DNA of 64,000 nt from positions 124,001 to 188,000 of the forward strand of contig JAPDFW010000092.1 of assembly GCA_028826165.1 (NCBI GenBank), written 5' to 3'. The translations under genes were made by a program, and so were the position numbers. Positions 62,331-64,000 of this stretch are shown in pieces (the first letter of the stretch is position 1; each line of letters begins with the position of its first letter). The notes beneath the pieces are model-generated. The model did no database searches. It was not told where the DNA came from and saw only the letters and a list, made by a program, of their open reading frames with translations. The DNA comes from Anaeramoeba ignava BMAN (Eukaryota; Protista; Anaeramoebae).

Positions 62331-63354
62331 ATGAATCAAGATTATGATTATAGAATTAAAATACTTTTAGTTGGAGATTATTCAGTTGGGAAATCTAGTT
62401 TAGTTCTTAGATATTTTGTATTTAAAAATTTATTTTTATCAAAAATATTATTAATAATAAAAATATAAAAATTGAATAAATAATTAAAAGGATAATACAT
62501 TTACAGAATCATATGTATCTACAATTGGAGTTGATTTTGTAAGTTAAGTTAAGTTAAATTAAATATTAATTAATTTAATAAATTAATTTTTTTAATTTTT
62601 TAATTTAAAATTTAATCCAAAAAAAAAGAAAATTAAAACAATGGAAATGAATGAAAAGATTTATAAGTTTCTTGTTGTAAAAATATTATTTTAAAACTTT
62701 TTAAAACAAATTCTAATTTTATTCCAATTTCCAAAATTTTATTCCGATTTCTAAAAAATATTAAAAATTAAAATATAAAATATAAAATATAAAATATAAA
62801 ATATAAAATATAATATAAAATATAAAGTGGGATGCATCAGGAGGTGAAAGATTTAGACAAATAACTTCATCTTATTATAGAGGAACACATGGAATTATGA
62901 TTCTTTATGATGTTACAAATCAAGAATCATTTGATAATATTAAAAATTGGATTAAAGAAATTCAAAGATATGGAAATGATACTGTTAATATTATGTTAAT
63001 TGGAACAAAATCTGATTTAATTTCAAAAAAAGTTATTGATACAGAAACTGGAGAAGTAATTTATATTTTTATATTTTTATATTTTTATATTTTTATAAAT
63101 TCAATTCCAAATAAAAATAAAAATAAATCAAATAAAAGAAATTAGCAGAACAACTTGGTTATCCATTTTTTGAAACAAGTTCAAAAGAAAATATTAATGT
63201 TAATGAAGCTTTTGATACTTTTTTTAAACAAGTTGGAACAAGAGCTGTTCAAACAAATGATCCAAATATTAAAAATCCAGATAAATATCCAAATGAAAAT
63301 CAAAATCAAAATCAAAAAAATCAAAATTCAAAATCAAAATGTTTATGTTTTTGA
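62331..63354 (+). CDS. Rab1-like GTPase D, 5 exons
   Basis: [34 protein letters not shown], ends CLCF. Confidence 0.92.
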
Positions 63355-63466
63355 ATTTAATTTTATATTTATTTCATCAATTCAAAATTATTTGAATAAA
63401 TTTTAATTCAAAAATTCAAAAAAATTCAAAAATTCATTTTTTTTTTTTATTTTTCAATTTTCAAAA

Positions 63467-64000
63467 ATGAATAAAGATTATGATTTCCTTTATAAAATTG
63501 CTTTTGTTGGAGATTATGGAGTTGGGAAAACGAATTTAATTTATAAATTTGTTGTATTTTCTTTTTTTGAAATAATTTATAAACAAAAATTCAATAAAAA
63601 CAAAACGTTTTTTTATTATTTTGAATAAAAAAAATAAAGGAAGGAACATTTTCTGAAACACCAATTTTAAGAATTCCAAATGATTTTGTGAAATTTCCTT
63701 TTAAAAATAATAATTAATTCAATTCAATTTAATTTAATTTAATTTCTCTTCTTTTTTCTAATTAATTAAACAAAAAATATTTTCAAATTTAGCCTTATAA
63801 AAAACTTGAATTTAATGAAAAAATTATTAAACTTCAATTTGTAAATTAATTTTCTTTTTAAATTAATTAATTAAAATTGATTTAAAATTGATTTAAATAA
63901 TTCAAAGTGGGATCCATCAGGAGGTGAAAGATTTAGAGCATTAACAAAATATTTTTATAGAGGAGCACATGGAATTATTCTTCTTTATGATGTTACAAAT
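63467..64000 (+). CDS. Divergent Rab GTPase E (truncated by window end)
   Basis: [45 protein letters not shown]; same intron positions as A-D. Confidence 0.85.

Noticed and set aside
1-64000. Alternative genetic code or stop-codon reassignment
   Set aside because: TAA, TAG and TGA all end genes at expected C-termini; internal stops are explained by introns except the frame breaks reported.

Overview
Extremely AT-rich eukaryotic (protist) genomic DNA with GT-AG spliceosomal introns and the standard genetic code. Gene content and repeat style suggest an amoeboid protist such as the metamonad Anaeramoeba, but this is inference only. I reconstructed about 25 protein-coding genes by hand-splicing: a BAR-like protein, a papain protease, RPP14, La, a rhomboid, WASP, a tristetraprolin-like CCCH protein, two RasGEFs, an LZTR1-like Kelch-BTB protein, a BTB-TLDc protein, a Rho GTPase, Erv1, Rogdi, a TPR protein, a PH protein, several orphans, and a tandem array of at least 5 Rab1-like genes. 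An intact pogo-type DD35D DNA transposon sits in an intron. There are two nearly pure-AT satellites of about 145 bp and many microsatellite arrays. The most notable observations: all five Rabs lack the switch-II Gln and vary at G1/G3 despite near-identical introns; a CAP-Gly/LisH/RasGEF fusion lies head-to-head with the LZTR1-like gene; an 8-nt microexon follows the protease active-site Cys; AAG acceptors are very frequent; a T-tract/TCAT motif precedes most starts; and an AC-to-GT strand skew appears to flip across exons flanked by repeat arrays. Most low-complexity ORFs in the supplied track are artefacts of microsatellites. No RNA genes or CRISPR arrays were recognised.
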